DNA of 63,732 bases, the filler included, from Perkinsus chesapeaki ATCC PRA-425 (Eukaryota; Protista; Perkinsozoa): NCBI GenBank assembly GCA_013115145.1. It is 3 parts of 3 records of this genome, joined end to end, with 100 filler letters (N's around TTAATTAATTAA, not from the genome) between each part and the next. Parts side by side here need not be neighbours in the genome. Positions count along the whole stretch, not along the records: positions 29,074 to 58,599 come from JAAPAO010000455.1; 2 more parts are not named here. One strand, written 5' to 3'. Numbering within the stretch: position 1 is the stretch's first letter; every line of letters starts with the position of its first letter. Shown piece after piece: positions 36,658 through 47,957 of the stretch. Both the position numbers and the translations under genes were made by a program. The notes below the pieces were generated by a model, which was not told the origin of the DNA, did no database searches, and was given only the letters and a program-made list of their open reading frames with translations.

Positions 36658-37965
36658 ACAAGTACTCACTGACCCATGCTACCATAACACTATGCCCCCA
36701 TCAGGATAGACTGGAGACACTAAAAACCAGCAAGTCGCGAGCAGCGTTGGTTCGTATACTCGGCGTCCGCAGCAGTAGGCTACGGCCTGTCTGTTTAATG
36801 GTGCGGGTGGTGACAGCAGTATTCATTCACCCGCACCGTTGCTCGCTTCTGGTTCTGGCCTCTAATGCTCCCCCTACCCCTCCCCGCAGTGAGAGGTTTC
36901 ACCGTCTTTGAAACACAGTCTTTCTCAGGAGGATAAGTCTTTACTTCGATGGTAAGGACCCAGCCTATAACTTAAGAGCATACATTATTCAGCTCCTGTG
37001 TTTAGGGTGACTTGTATTTTGCGCTGTCCCTGATAGAGCTCTTCTTATGAAGGTAGGGAGATTCGTCGATGAAAACGATGTTGCCAATGATGAAGCGATA
37101 TGTCGCGATTGGTAAAAGTATCGAAGTAGTCATCACCCAGCCAAGTTATTTACTCCAGATATCACAACCTTAAATTATTGCCTCCCCGGGCAGGAGCCGA
37201 CCCGGGGACACCGTGTCCCCATGGCTTGCGCCAGGCACCGAGATCGCGGCTTTCCGCATTTCAGGGCAGTTTACCCGAGAAACCATTAGACTTTGATTGT
37301 TAGTTGTTGTCCGATCACTCGGCGATTGCTCCTACCAACCGTCTATATGGACTGTTGCAGCTCATTAGCGCTTGGGGAATCAAATGCGACGAGTTAAGTC
37401 CAGTGAGCTGCGGCGGTCTTAATCTCGTCAAGATAGAGGAACGATTTTCCTACGGACAACTTGAATGACTCTAATCGATCGAGAACACATATTAACGTCC
37501 GCACGAAACGTGTAACAATATTAGACTAATATTGAACTGTCAGCCGAGAAAAAGTTCCATTTTCGAACTTTTCACGCGGCGTCAGCAAGCTGTTGCGCAC
37601 CAGATGGAGCATCTGTCTCTATTGCTGGGCTACACGGGAGCAGAGAGTACCCGTCACTAAATCACCATGCATACCTTCATGAGTTTACCTTGTGTCCAGG
37701 ATAGTCTACATCTATTGAGATATGTGTAACTGAGTTAGGTTCGTTAGTAACGATATTTTAACCGGTAGTTCTCTTACCACTGCTATAAGAGGGTCACTGG
37801 GGACAGTGTCCCTTTATGCAGTGACAAACCGAATGAAGTTACCTGTTCCATAGAACGTCACGCTACCATCGCAGCTCTTCTTGTCATCAGTCATCACGAG
37901 GGTTTTCGGGCGAAAAGGTTTTGCGATCGTAAAGTAGTATTTTTCATCTGTCTTCGAAATCATAA

Positions 37966-39152
37966 ATGTTGACAACTATTCCCTACCTGGTTATCTGTAC
38001 ACTGGTTACGGCTCGAAGGCTAGAGTTTTACAAGTACATTGATAATCCCTGGGTCGAGCTAGAGACCCCACGGTGCGACAACCGATTGCTCTGTCCATCG
38101 CTCAACTACATTTGGGACTCTTATTTCGACACACTATTATCGTCTTGTCTCAATCGGTTCGTGCTTGGTGGCTATATGGTAGAGGATAGCCACATCGTGA
38201 AGGATTTGCCCGAACTAGGAGACTCGTGGGACGACAAGTCGTTCGCTCGGTTGAAAGAAAAGGGGTCGAGACCAGGCAGGGGACTATACTGGCATCCTTG
38301 GTCCTATTTGACAGTCTGGGTTCTAATGGGGCTACATTCGATGAGAATGTATTCATTGAAATCGTTCAGGCGTTCATGGAAAGATATCCAGTAGATGGCT
38401 TCATATGCCATTCCCATCACCGCGATGCCGCCTTACTGAGACAGGTTGTATTCGCCTTGAAGAAGCTAAACGTAACTGTCGGCCTCTCGTAAGTGTTTGT
38501 TTCCAGTATCACCCGTTTCATGGTGCTAGCCATTGCCTTCTGTGATGCCTTCTTCTTGGTTCGTCCTCCGGCGAGTAGTCTTCATCGTAACTTTTTCAGG
38601 CTTCTCTTCACTACAGCTGAATACATGCGGGACCTCGGCCTAGTCAATATCACCGACATTAACTTTTTGTATTTGCTCCCTCAATCCAATGACCAAGTAG
38701 CTCTGTTCAACACCGACGATTTCGCTGGGAATGCTCTTATGAATTACACCCTCGTAGGAGGTAAACCCGAAAGTGTAGTTTTGTCAGTGAGTCCGGCTTT
38801 CAGTCCGCCGTTTGATCATTCTAATATTTTCCAGATAATGCCCTATGCTGCATATGCTTATCCTGCTCTCGGTAAGGCCTACTCTGAGATCGTATACACC
38901 TTACACGGTGATCCCAAAGGAAGTGGTTCAGTCGTCTATGAGAAGTCGCCGGGAGAGTATAGAACATATTACTTCTTCTCTCAACCACGTGCAATTGAGA
39001 AGATAACACTGGCAAAGATTTACAGCTTACGTGGTTTGATGGTTTCTTATTTCGATACTTATCGTGACCTCTTCCCATGGGATCCTTCATCTCTATATTA
39101 CACGGTAGCTTCTAATATTGGTCTTACGTGTACCGACCCAACAGAAACCTGA
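37966..39152 (+). pseudogene. Secreted GH18 chitinase-like (TIM-barrel) protein with degenerate catalytic motif; one frameshift (~38260), one intron (38489-38599)
   Basis: Signal peptide; 'FMERYPVDGFICHSHH' at the GH18 DxxDxDxE position; C-terminal 'YFFSQPRAIEKITLAKIYSLRGLMV..DLFPW..SL' resembles GH18 strands 7-8. The intron join SLLFTT is in frame. Confidence 0.55.
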
Positions 39153-39958
39153 TGTGTTTAAAATACGCCCATGTTCTTTTTACAGAGAATGCTACTGTGG
39201 GCTTCAAGTATCCCATAATTTCATCTATGAGCTCTACTTAGCTGTTATCTCGGTTTGGTGTCATTTCGACCGACGCCCCTTGGACTTGAGTCACTTGCTG
39301 TGGCAAGTGTATAATACGTCCTGCAAAATATCTATCTCCCTTCAACATGTGTAATTATTATAGCCGGTTCTCGGATTGTCTCAACTCATGCTCCTTCATT
39401 CGATTTATACTCATCAATTTTACTACTGTGTTGCCGAATACCGTGTAGCGCTGCTTTGCACACCATTACATATAGGCACGTTGTCAGTGTTCGTCCGCAC
39501 TCAGTTAGTATGACGATTATCGATGGGATGAACTTATTATTCAAGCGTGAGCGCTTAATCCTACAGTGGTGCGTAAGTACGTTATTATACTCCATTCATA
39601 AACGTTTGTTGGATCGATAATTCCTTTTGATGAAGTGTGTTTTGTTTACGTCAATCAACCTGCATAGCTCAGTCGGCCCGCAAAAATCTGCACGCGTGTG
39701 AGATATGGCTTTAAGAAATTGAAGTGAGAGCACTACGGTTAACACAACAGTGACGAGTTCCGGGTTCAGTGCGAACTATGTAGTTTACAGTGAAAGAGGC
39801 GACTGATTGTTTATTCGAAAAGCCTCCTATATGTTGGTACAAAATACCTGGGAAAGACAGCCTTGCTCTCAACCAGTTATAGGAAATATTCCCGTCTTGA
39901 TCGATTTCCGATCATCCGGCACACAACTTGACCTATTTTGCATCTTGCACGCTCAACC

Positions 39959-40658
39959 TCAAGATACGCCTTTGTTATCGTTACAAAGGCTGCTCAGAAT
40001 ACAAGCCCAGGCGCATCCACAAAGGTTATTAATAGTCAAACGAAGGTAAGGTGGTACCATCCAGAATGTCATCGTATTAACCGGTACCCAAAAGCTTGCA
40101 CTGTTCCCAGCAACACCAATAATCTTCCGAGTGAGCGCGGTTCTACTCAACCGTTTGGCAACTGAAGCCGGTTCACCACGTAATAAAGAATCAATAAAAG
40201 TGCTCGCAAATATCATCCACGCATTTGACACAACTCCAGCGGTCGCGGCGTTGAACAGGCTCTTCTTTATAGAACCGGAAAAACTGGCAGCGAATGCTCT
40301 GTCAAGGAACCTCATAAAAGGTATGTAAGGAGGCATCACCAAGGCAGAGCTCACCACCATTGCGACCGTTCGAGCTGGGTCATATCTTTTGCCCTCATTC
40401 GCCAGCTTATTATAATAGTGGAGAAACTGATGGAAGAACCGTAAAAAGATTCCGGGCTGTGAGATACAACATGATCGTCTTCCAAAAAGTTTGATGAATT
40501 TTATCATCCAGATGGGCGTTCATTGCAATGCAGTCGCCCCAATGACACGCGTAATCGATGACGAGTTTTTTGTGGATAAGGAGGGGACAGAGGAACATGT
40601 CCCAAAAAGGAATACGTTCAATAACCCTTCTACTGGAAGCATCTTCCGTCAGTCTCAT
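39959..40658 (-). CDS. Mpv17/PMP22 family membrane protein
   Basis: 'GDCIA', 'YDPARTVAM' and 'FWVPVNTMTFWMVPPYLRLTINNLCGCAWACILS' match family motifs. Needs one very short intron or a frame change near 40420. Confidence 0.7.
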
Positions 40659-40755
40659 TCAATGTTTGATAGCACTGTAATGCGACCAACTGGCTGATAG
40701 AGTTGCCATCTAAAACACGTCGGAGAGGATGTGCTCAATAAAGTAGGTAGTTGTT

Positions 40756-41127
40756 CTAGAGCCAATTAATACCAAAACACAGTTTGTCAAAATTAAGTTC
40801 GGAATCGAGGTCTCTCCAGGACTCAGAGAGACTCGCGTCCATTATACGTGTAAGATACCGTTTATTAGCAGCCAACGAGCACCCATAAATTTTGACGATT
40901 TTCTTGCATTTTCCAGTGTAGGTGTTCAAATGCTCACAAAAGCGGCTGACGGAAGAGTCGAACGATGGCTTTGTAAAGTAGATAGAATCGATCATGCGAA
41001 GTGGTAAACAATTTCCTTCTGAAACTTTTAGGCAAATTGGGCTCAAACTTTTGGAACGAAAACACCCACAAGTGATCGTTAAAAAGAGCTGAAACGGCTG
41101 GAAGATATGGGCAGTCTCACTCGCCAC
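40756..41127 (-). CDS. Small hypothetical protein or exon divergent from LSG1
   Basis: 123-codon ORF between Mpv17 and the LSG1 start; no family recognised. Confidence 0.25.
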   Translation of the reverse strand: MASETAHIFQPFQLFLTITCGCFRSKSLSPICLKVSEGNCLPLRMIDSIYFTKPSFDSSVSRFCEHLNTYTGKCKKIVKIYGCSLAANKRYLTRIMDASLSESWRDLDSELNFDKLCFGINWL

Positions 41128-41232
41128 AATTTGGCTAATTCTGATAGTATTCGATTATATCGCGCGCGCCAGGGTAATCGATATACTTTCAAACGATACT
41201 CGTCCGGTAGTGTAGTTGAAGTATAATTGAAT

Positions 41233-44200
41233 ATGGGGAAGAAGAAAGGACAACCTAGCTCAAAGAATAACATGGGTAATAAGAGTATCTTTTTATATAT
41301 GAAATACCTGCTTCAAGGTAAGATACTTTTTTGTTAGGTGGGGCATTAATTGCCTCTACTCAACGTAGAAGGATGCAACATGCGACTGGATCGAAAGTCG
41401 GACTTCATACGACCGAATTCGGAGGAAATAAAACCACTGGTAAAAGGAGGAGTATCTTAGGTTGATGCTTGCTAGATACGGATCAACTAGTAAAAACACC
41501 AGAAGTTGAAATAGGGAACTACTTCTGGGATATCATTTTAATATATAATTGCAATTGTTTCCAATAGAATAATGCTGTTTTGAAGCTTTCGGTCATCTCT
41601 AAAACTCGTGCTTCAAGCTAAGATATCTCTGTATTTCTATCAGCTATGGAAGGTTCAGTACTGGAACGTAATGACTTGGAGGAGTTTATGAAGCTTGCCG
41701 AGGAATCTCATAGAGAGTAATACCAAGCCGGCGGAGCTCGAAAAATTGCACTTTTCGTGGGAAAGTCGGTATGGAAGTGTATGGGATAAAGTCATAACGC
41801 AGCTGCTCGACAAGGAGTTCTGTGAGGGAGTGGTAGTGGTCAACTGAGAGTCGAGACTAATAGATAGTTTGAACATTATCCTGTTATTGTTGATGACCAT
41901 CGAAAGGCGCCCCGAGGACAATTGCTGAATCGGTATGAGTGGTATGGTAGTACTAAGTGGTCGAAAGGGGGAAGATGACTTGAAACTAAATGTCTATTAT
42001 CGTCTTAAAACTAAAACGTAAGGTGTACCTTTTATAATCTAAATGGTATTCTAAATACTCATCTATTATCTGTTATACAAGTTGGTTCGAATGAGTCATG
42101 ATGCCTGTACCTGAGAAACCCCAATTTACTGGAAGCTACTACCTCAGCAAAATTATTTGAGGGAAAATGGGTATGAAATATGTTAGATATGTCTGTGTAG
42201 GTTTGAAACTCAAAGATATGCTCAATTGGTGGACGTGGACAGTCATGTATTAGTTAGAGGAGGAGCTGTGGAGCATGAGAAACCGCAGATCGATATTGGC
42301 GTAATGGGGGAGCGGTGGGCCGGGGTTGGGTAATGGAATGGTCGCAGGTACGAATCCCACGTCGTCCACATTGGACTCCTGGGATGTCTGCTGAAAAGCT
42401 GGCTGATCTGGAAATGGACAATTTCTTATCTTGGAGGAAGGTAGTGTTCAAAGGATGGGGTATAATCGATCACTTGATCGATTAGGGAAATCATCTACGT
42501 TACCTGTGGGAAACCATGTGTCTTTGCTCTTTTCGCCGGGAAATTTTCTCCCTTAGTAGGAAAATCTTGCATTGTGTATTCTTAAACGTGCAGTCTCCGA
42601 CTGCGTTCTCATCCGTATCATTATCATAACTAGATGAGATGCAAATTGACATAATCTTCCATTGTTAGTGTTAGCTGTGTTGGTACCTCGGCTATCCTGA
42701 AAGTCCCTTTGGTGTTATTACCTTGAAAGTTTAAAGCGTACATCTTGTGATTGTAAATAAGGAGGAAATTACGAAATAAAATTTAGGGAATAAATTAATT
42801 ATAACGAAATGATTTCTCCTTTATCGAGGAGAAGACACGCCGCGCAAACTTAAGCAGTGATATTCGTGCACTGTTTGGAGTGCAGATGGACCATTGCGGC
42901 GGTTCCAAGTGGTTCCATTAATCGATCCACAAGGATATAGTATTCAGGTGTTGGCCGATTACGAGGAGAATAAGGGATACATTCTCACGCCGTTTGAGAA
43001 AAATTTGGATTTCTGGCGTCAATTGTGGCGCACGGTTGAGCGGAGTGATGTTATTTTCCAAATTATCGATGCCCGAGACCCTCTCTTTTACTATTGTGAA
43101 GATTTGACAAGGTAAAGAGGGTTGGTGTAAATCGATCGATCGGGCGAGCGCTTTTTACAAGCAGGTATGTGGAGGAGGTTGCTGAGTTCCAGGGAAGGAA
43201 GAAGTACTCTGTGGTGTTGATGAATAAGAGCGATTTTGTACCGAAGGAAATGAGGGAGAAATGGAGAAGGTGATGGAGGGAATTGAAAGCATTACAGTTG
43301 ACGATTTGTCGGCTAGGGTGAATATCTAGTTGGGAGTAGTGTAGCAGATATGAGAATGGGTGGCTATCTTGACATACGGGACATGAATCGATCGACCGGA
43401 GCGTGGTATTTTCAGCAGAACTGCTTTGGTGGAATAGAGTTATTTGGGGGAACGTGCGACACGAGCCGCAATGATTGCGGAAAATGAGAAAAAATCCGTG
43501 GAGATGCGATAGAAGTTTTCAATCAGATTTTATTGAGCTAGATTCCAAGAAAAAGATGCGTGAACTTTCAGACGGGGTAGACAGAAAATTCCGAAAAAAT
43601 TTTTCCCGGAGAATTTCTTGGAATTTTTTTCGAATTCTGAAAAGTGAATTTGAGGTGTCTTCTGGCCTATACAGGTATTTCCAGGAGAATCATTCCAACA
43701 CTCATCTGGAGTTCTTCTCGGCACTGCATGAGTTGTCGAAGGCAGTGAAAGTTGAGGAGGATCAAAAGAAGGGAGAAGAGGAGGAGGAGGCGAGTGATGC
43801 GGTACTAACTGGATTCCTGAAAACTTGAACATTTTCTTGAAGAATTCGGAGGTCTCGGGGCATACTTAGCTTTGATTTCTGTATGGATGATATATATACT
43901 GACTTGTATATTTTATTCTACCAAGAAGCTCCTTTCGGAATTTCCACATTTTTTCTGGAAAATCTTCCTTGAATGTTGAGTGCATTTGGTGAGGAAATAC
44001 ATCTTGTGCCCCTGATGGTGACTTGAAAAATATCTTTTTTTCCAGGAAGAGCAAGAGTTAACCTCAGCTGATAGCAAAGCAGTATTGGGAAAGGGCATAG
44101 CAGAGGATGACAGTGATGTAGGTCTCGTGGGCTAGTCCTACAGGGGCTCGCATTCGACCTATTTTTGTATCTTTAGGTTCTCACGGTTGAAGGACTAATG

Positions 44201-47200
44201 GATCTTCTTAAAGATTATGCGGCACGGTATGGTGATAAGGTTACAATAGGAATGGTGGGATTCCCAAATGTTGGAAAAAGTAAAGGGGGGCGGGGAGCTT
44301 GGCTTTGATTACTGTATTGAGGTTAAAGTGATAAAGATATTTTTGAGGTTAAAGTGATAAAGATATTCTTGAGGTTAAAGTGATAAAGATATTTTCGAGG
44401 TTAAAGTGTTAAAGATATTCTTGAGGTTGAAGTGTTAAAGATATTCTTGAGGTTAAAGTGTTGAAGACATTTTCGGGGTTAAAGTGTTAAAGATACTTTT
44501 TTACATAATTATTGCACAGTCTTTTGCAATAAGTCATCTATAAGAAGTTCCTAATCCGAAGGTAGCGTGGAAGCTCTGTTAAAAATTATGTTCCTAAAGC
44601 AGAAGAAAACCCCCCGTTCATCCGGGTGACATCTGCACTTCCTCCATAACCCCCTCGTGTGAGGAAGTGATGGCGTCTCTACCAGGCGCACCTTGTCCAG
44701 TTCGCTGGTATAGCTGACGATCTTCTATGACTCTCTTGCCCTTCATCTGAACTTATTCAAGTGTGACGGTGGTCTATGCCCTATTTTAGGTACGGTGATT
44801 AACGCTCTGTGGGGTGCCAAAAAGGTATCGATGTCGCGTCAACCTGGCAAGACGAAACATCTGCAAACTCTTGAGCTCGTAATAAGGGGGAGGGGAATCG
44901 ATCAATCGGGCGAGCGCTTTTTGCATTTCCCGCAGGTAACAGAGCAAGGCGAGGGGAGCAATCCGATCCAACTTTGTGATTGTCCTGGGTTGGTATTTCC
45001 CACTGCGGTGAGGAGCAAGGCGGATCTTGTTATTAGTGGTGAGCGGGGAGAGGGGATATTACGGTCTTTGGTGGGAGATATAGATTATTAGGGTCGTTGA
45101 CTCAGTCTTCTACGAGTGACTGAGTCAAAGTATACAACTCTGGGACCGGCTACGGCCTGTCTGGTGCGCGATAGAGGGAATATAGTTTTAGCATATTTTA
45201 CTGGTTATCGTCCTTTCCTCGTTTCGGGAGGTTCGGGGGCCTTGTGTCTCTTATTACGGTATACAATCTGGATCTACAACTTCATGGGGCTCCTACTGCT
45301 CCTACTGCTCTGCCAGTGATGATGAGTGAGCCATACTTACCACTGTTAAGAGAGGTTCTCCGATAATGACGAATGGGTCGATTCGATTGTGCAAGTTTGA
45401 AAATATCATTACGTTGTTTTGACTCGATAACGGGAGATGTAGAGATATAACATTTTCAACTAGTATGAAAATAAATACAACAGTTCTTACATCAAACAGA
45501 CCCTCGAGCAGCAGTTTTACGAGGTAGAATGACAGTGTCGGGTAGCAAGATAAGTTGCTGCTGCAGTGATAGTCTGTCGGAGCCTCTTGTCACAGCTCGC
45601 AAGGAGTCTTACGCAAGTCGGAGGTGCATAACATATTGCTATCATTAGGTACGGTGCCAATCGACTACTTGCGGGACTACCGACCTTCAATAGACCTCAT
45701 CGTCGAGAAAATAGGCTTGGAGAAGTAGCGCGCGCCCGATTGATCGATTTGGGAAGGTTAGGTGTTTGTAGGTTATTGGAACATTATAAATGTGGGGACT
45801 ATTGTTCGTTAAATTTCCGAAGACTTGGTGAAACTCGAGCGCTTCTCTCGGCCTATGCGGTCAGTCATAAGAAGTTCCTGAAGCTGGGGTAAGTGAGGAG
45901 AGTTGCACGCATGCACACGGTAGCATCTTTTAGGGTACCGGATGAGTATGCTGCGGCAAGAGTGGTGTTGAGGGATTATTGTATTGGACGTAATAGAGGG
46001 GGGGGGGTTGGGGGAGGTTGGAAAGATTCCTTGAAGGTTGCTTTGGGAAATTGGCGCTTTGCTACTGTTCTGCGGTGGCTCTAGCGAAGGTTACTACCAA
46101 TAATCAAATCACTGGTGTTATACATTCGCACGAGTCCCTGTTCACATAAAAGACGTTATAAAATGTTCTTACTAATATTGGCTGGGACTGCAGCTGAAAT
46201 GAGGGGGTCCTGCCAGCCTGGCGGTGCCAGGATCATCCTGGCAGTGGTGATGAGAACCATTATCACCGTGTCGAAGGAAGTATTGTCGCCGAGAACCTCT
46301 CGGGGAGCTCGAGTTTGTCCTTGTTCTGGGCTGAGTCGGATTTGTGGGAATTAAAGTTGCTCGGTGAAGCGGGAAATCGCCGCCTTTCTCAAATGGAAGC
46401 CCTGGGGGAAGTTTATGTGTTTTAGGTATCTCTCATTACGAGTATCCCCCTGGCATGGAAGAGAGCGAGCTATCGAGTGAAATGCAGTCGATTCCAACTA
46501 ATGAGGCCACGGAGGGGAATGATACGTTGGAGTCACCTGAAGTGGCTGAAGAAGAGGGAATGGCCGAGGATGAAATGGTACTATTAATGCGGGGGGAAGA
46601 TCGAAAGGCGCTGGATCTCTGTTGGGATATTACTTACTCTGTTGAGATGGCCTGAGTTGCCGCCGTTCACTGCCGGGATAGAGGGTGTGCGAGGAGTAAG
46701 CGTCCACGCCTATATCTCTTTGATGGTATCAAGTGGATACCATCAACAATTCGGGAATCCTAATGGTCGATTTCTGCGCCTACGTATCTGCAAAAATGGC
46801 GGGCATCCGGTGGGGAAGTTGCTAAGGTAGTTGGTATCTATGGATATCACTGCAACGTGTTGGTGTAAATATTATGTAACGATGTGATGTGTATGGAAGA
46901 ATCATATAGATTTGGTCTTGGCTTCTACCAACTAGATTTTGAGATGGTAGTGTGGTTGTCAGGCGCTTGAGTTGAAAGAACTGCACGAATTCCTGCAATC
47001 GAGGGGAGGAAATGAACAAATGGAGGAAGAGGAGGAGGATGAAGCGACCTCGAAAGAATCTTTGAAGAAGCCGACAAAGAGGGCTATGCGGATGGCGATG
47101 AAAAAAGCCGGAAAAAGTATTAGGGCGGAGCGAAGCGATTTCTGTTTTACGTTTTTGGCATAGATAAGAATTCTCAAGGAACGCTGTATGATGAGGCGGG

Positions 47201-47327
47201 AAGGGTGTCGGCGTCACTCGCCTCGAAAATAAACCCCACTTCGGCGGTGTTGAATCCTGGCTCGAGAGGACGGACAAGTCGGAAATTGCAGGACCCTTAT
47301 GGATGCCATACGGATACTCGGCATTAA
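41233..47327 (+). CDS. LSG1: Large subunit GTPase 1 (circularly permuted GTPase, 60S export), multi-exon
   Basis: Exons give 'MGKKKG', 'LGGALI', 'SVLERNDLEEF', 'VRIPRRPHWTPGMSAEKL..FLSWRK', 'LTPFEKNLDFWRQLWRTVERSD', G4 'NKSD', G1 'GFPNVGKS', G2 'PGKTKH', G3 'DCPG' and 'PDEYAAARVVLRDY'. Stop at 47325-47327. Confidence 0.93.
44319..44500. repeat. 26-bp tandem minisatellite, 7 copies, in an LSG1 intron
   Basis: GAGGTTAAAGTG(A/T)TAAAGATATT(C/T)T(T/C) units start at 44319, 44345, 44371, 44397, 44423, 44449 and 44475. Confidence 0.95.
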
Positions 47328-47759
47328 AGGAATCTTTATAGTGAGTGAAGATAATTATTGGGACCTTCTCTTGTGAACTAGCGTCGATTCGTCTAGTCTT
47401 AAGATGTTTTGGATCTTGTCAGGTTCAACCTAAGATACTCCTTCAACGTTTTACCATCCTTCGTACTGTTGATAACGTTTCTACTGTACCTCTATTGATC
47501 ACGTTCTAGCGGAGCGAAGCGTGTTTTGTTGTGACATTTTTGCGGGGCAAAGAAGTTACAGTTGGAGAAGTTTTACGTTTTCCGTGAAAAGTTCGGGAAA
47601 TGTTGTCAACTGTCATTACTCACCGGTCCAGGATAACAGTTGGAGCATCCAAAAACAATTATGAGGTCGCATTCGATGAGGGATTGACTGGATGAGTTTG
47701 GGACCTGGTTTACTTGGCTACTCGTTCCTCATACCAACTTTTCCGCAAATTAATGGCAT

Positions 47760-47800
47760 ATAGGACGGTCTTATTTGTACTACAAATAAGACCGTCCTAT
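47760..47800. repeat. Perfect 20-bp inverted repeat with 1-nt spacer
   Basis: ATAGGACGGTCTTATTTGTA-C-TACAAATAAGACCGTCCTAT. Confidence 0.95.
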
Positions 47801-47957
47801 TTGTATTATTTTTAATTTTATTTGAATCCTCTTTGTAGTAATATTGAATATTCTATCGTAGAGGGCGGTATTATAGGAAGCTGGTCACTTTGGCCATTCA
47901 ACGTTGAATATGAGTTTATAGACAATATCGGGATGAAGCTTGTGCGTTTCATTTCAC

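Noticed and set aside
36778-36785. Spliced-leader relic (CCGTAGCC on the minus strand, also at 45148)
   Set aside because: Only 8 nt match the Perkinsus/dinoflagellate SL (ACCGTAGCCATYTTGGCTCAAG). No longer SL match was seen, including upstream of the intronless genes.
41655-41921. Minus-strand ORF and other short ORF-track entries overlapping real genes
   Set aside because: These are antisense or alternate-frame shadows of LSG1, transporter, S8 and cyclin exons.
42336-42368. tRNA T-arm-like GGTCGCAGGTACGAATCCCAC
   Set aside because: It is the LSG1 3' splice site plus the exon encoding VRIPRRPHW.
45333-45341. U1 snRNA 5' end (ATACTTACC)
   Set aside because: No downstream U1 stems or Sm site; it is simply the reverse complement of a strong donor.
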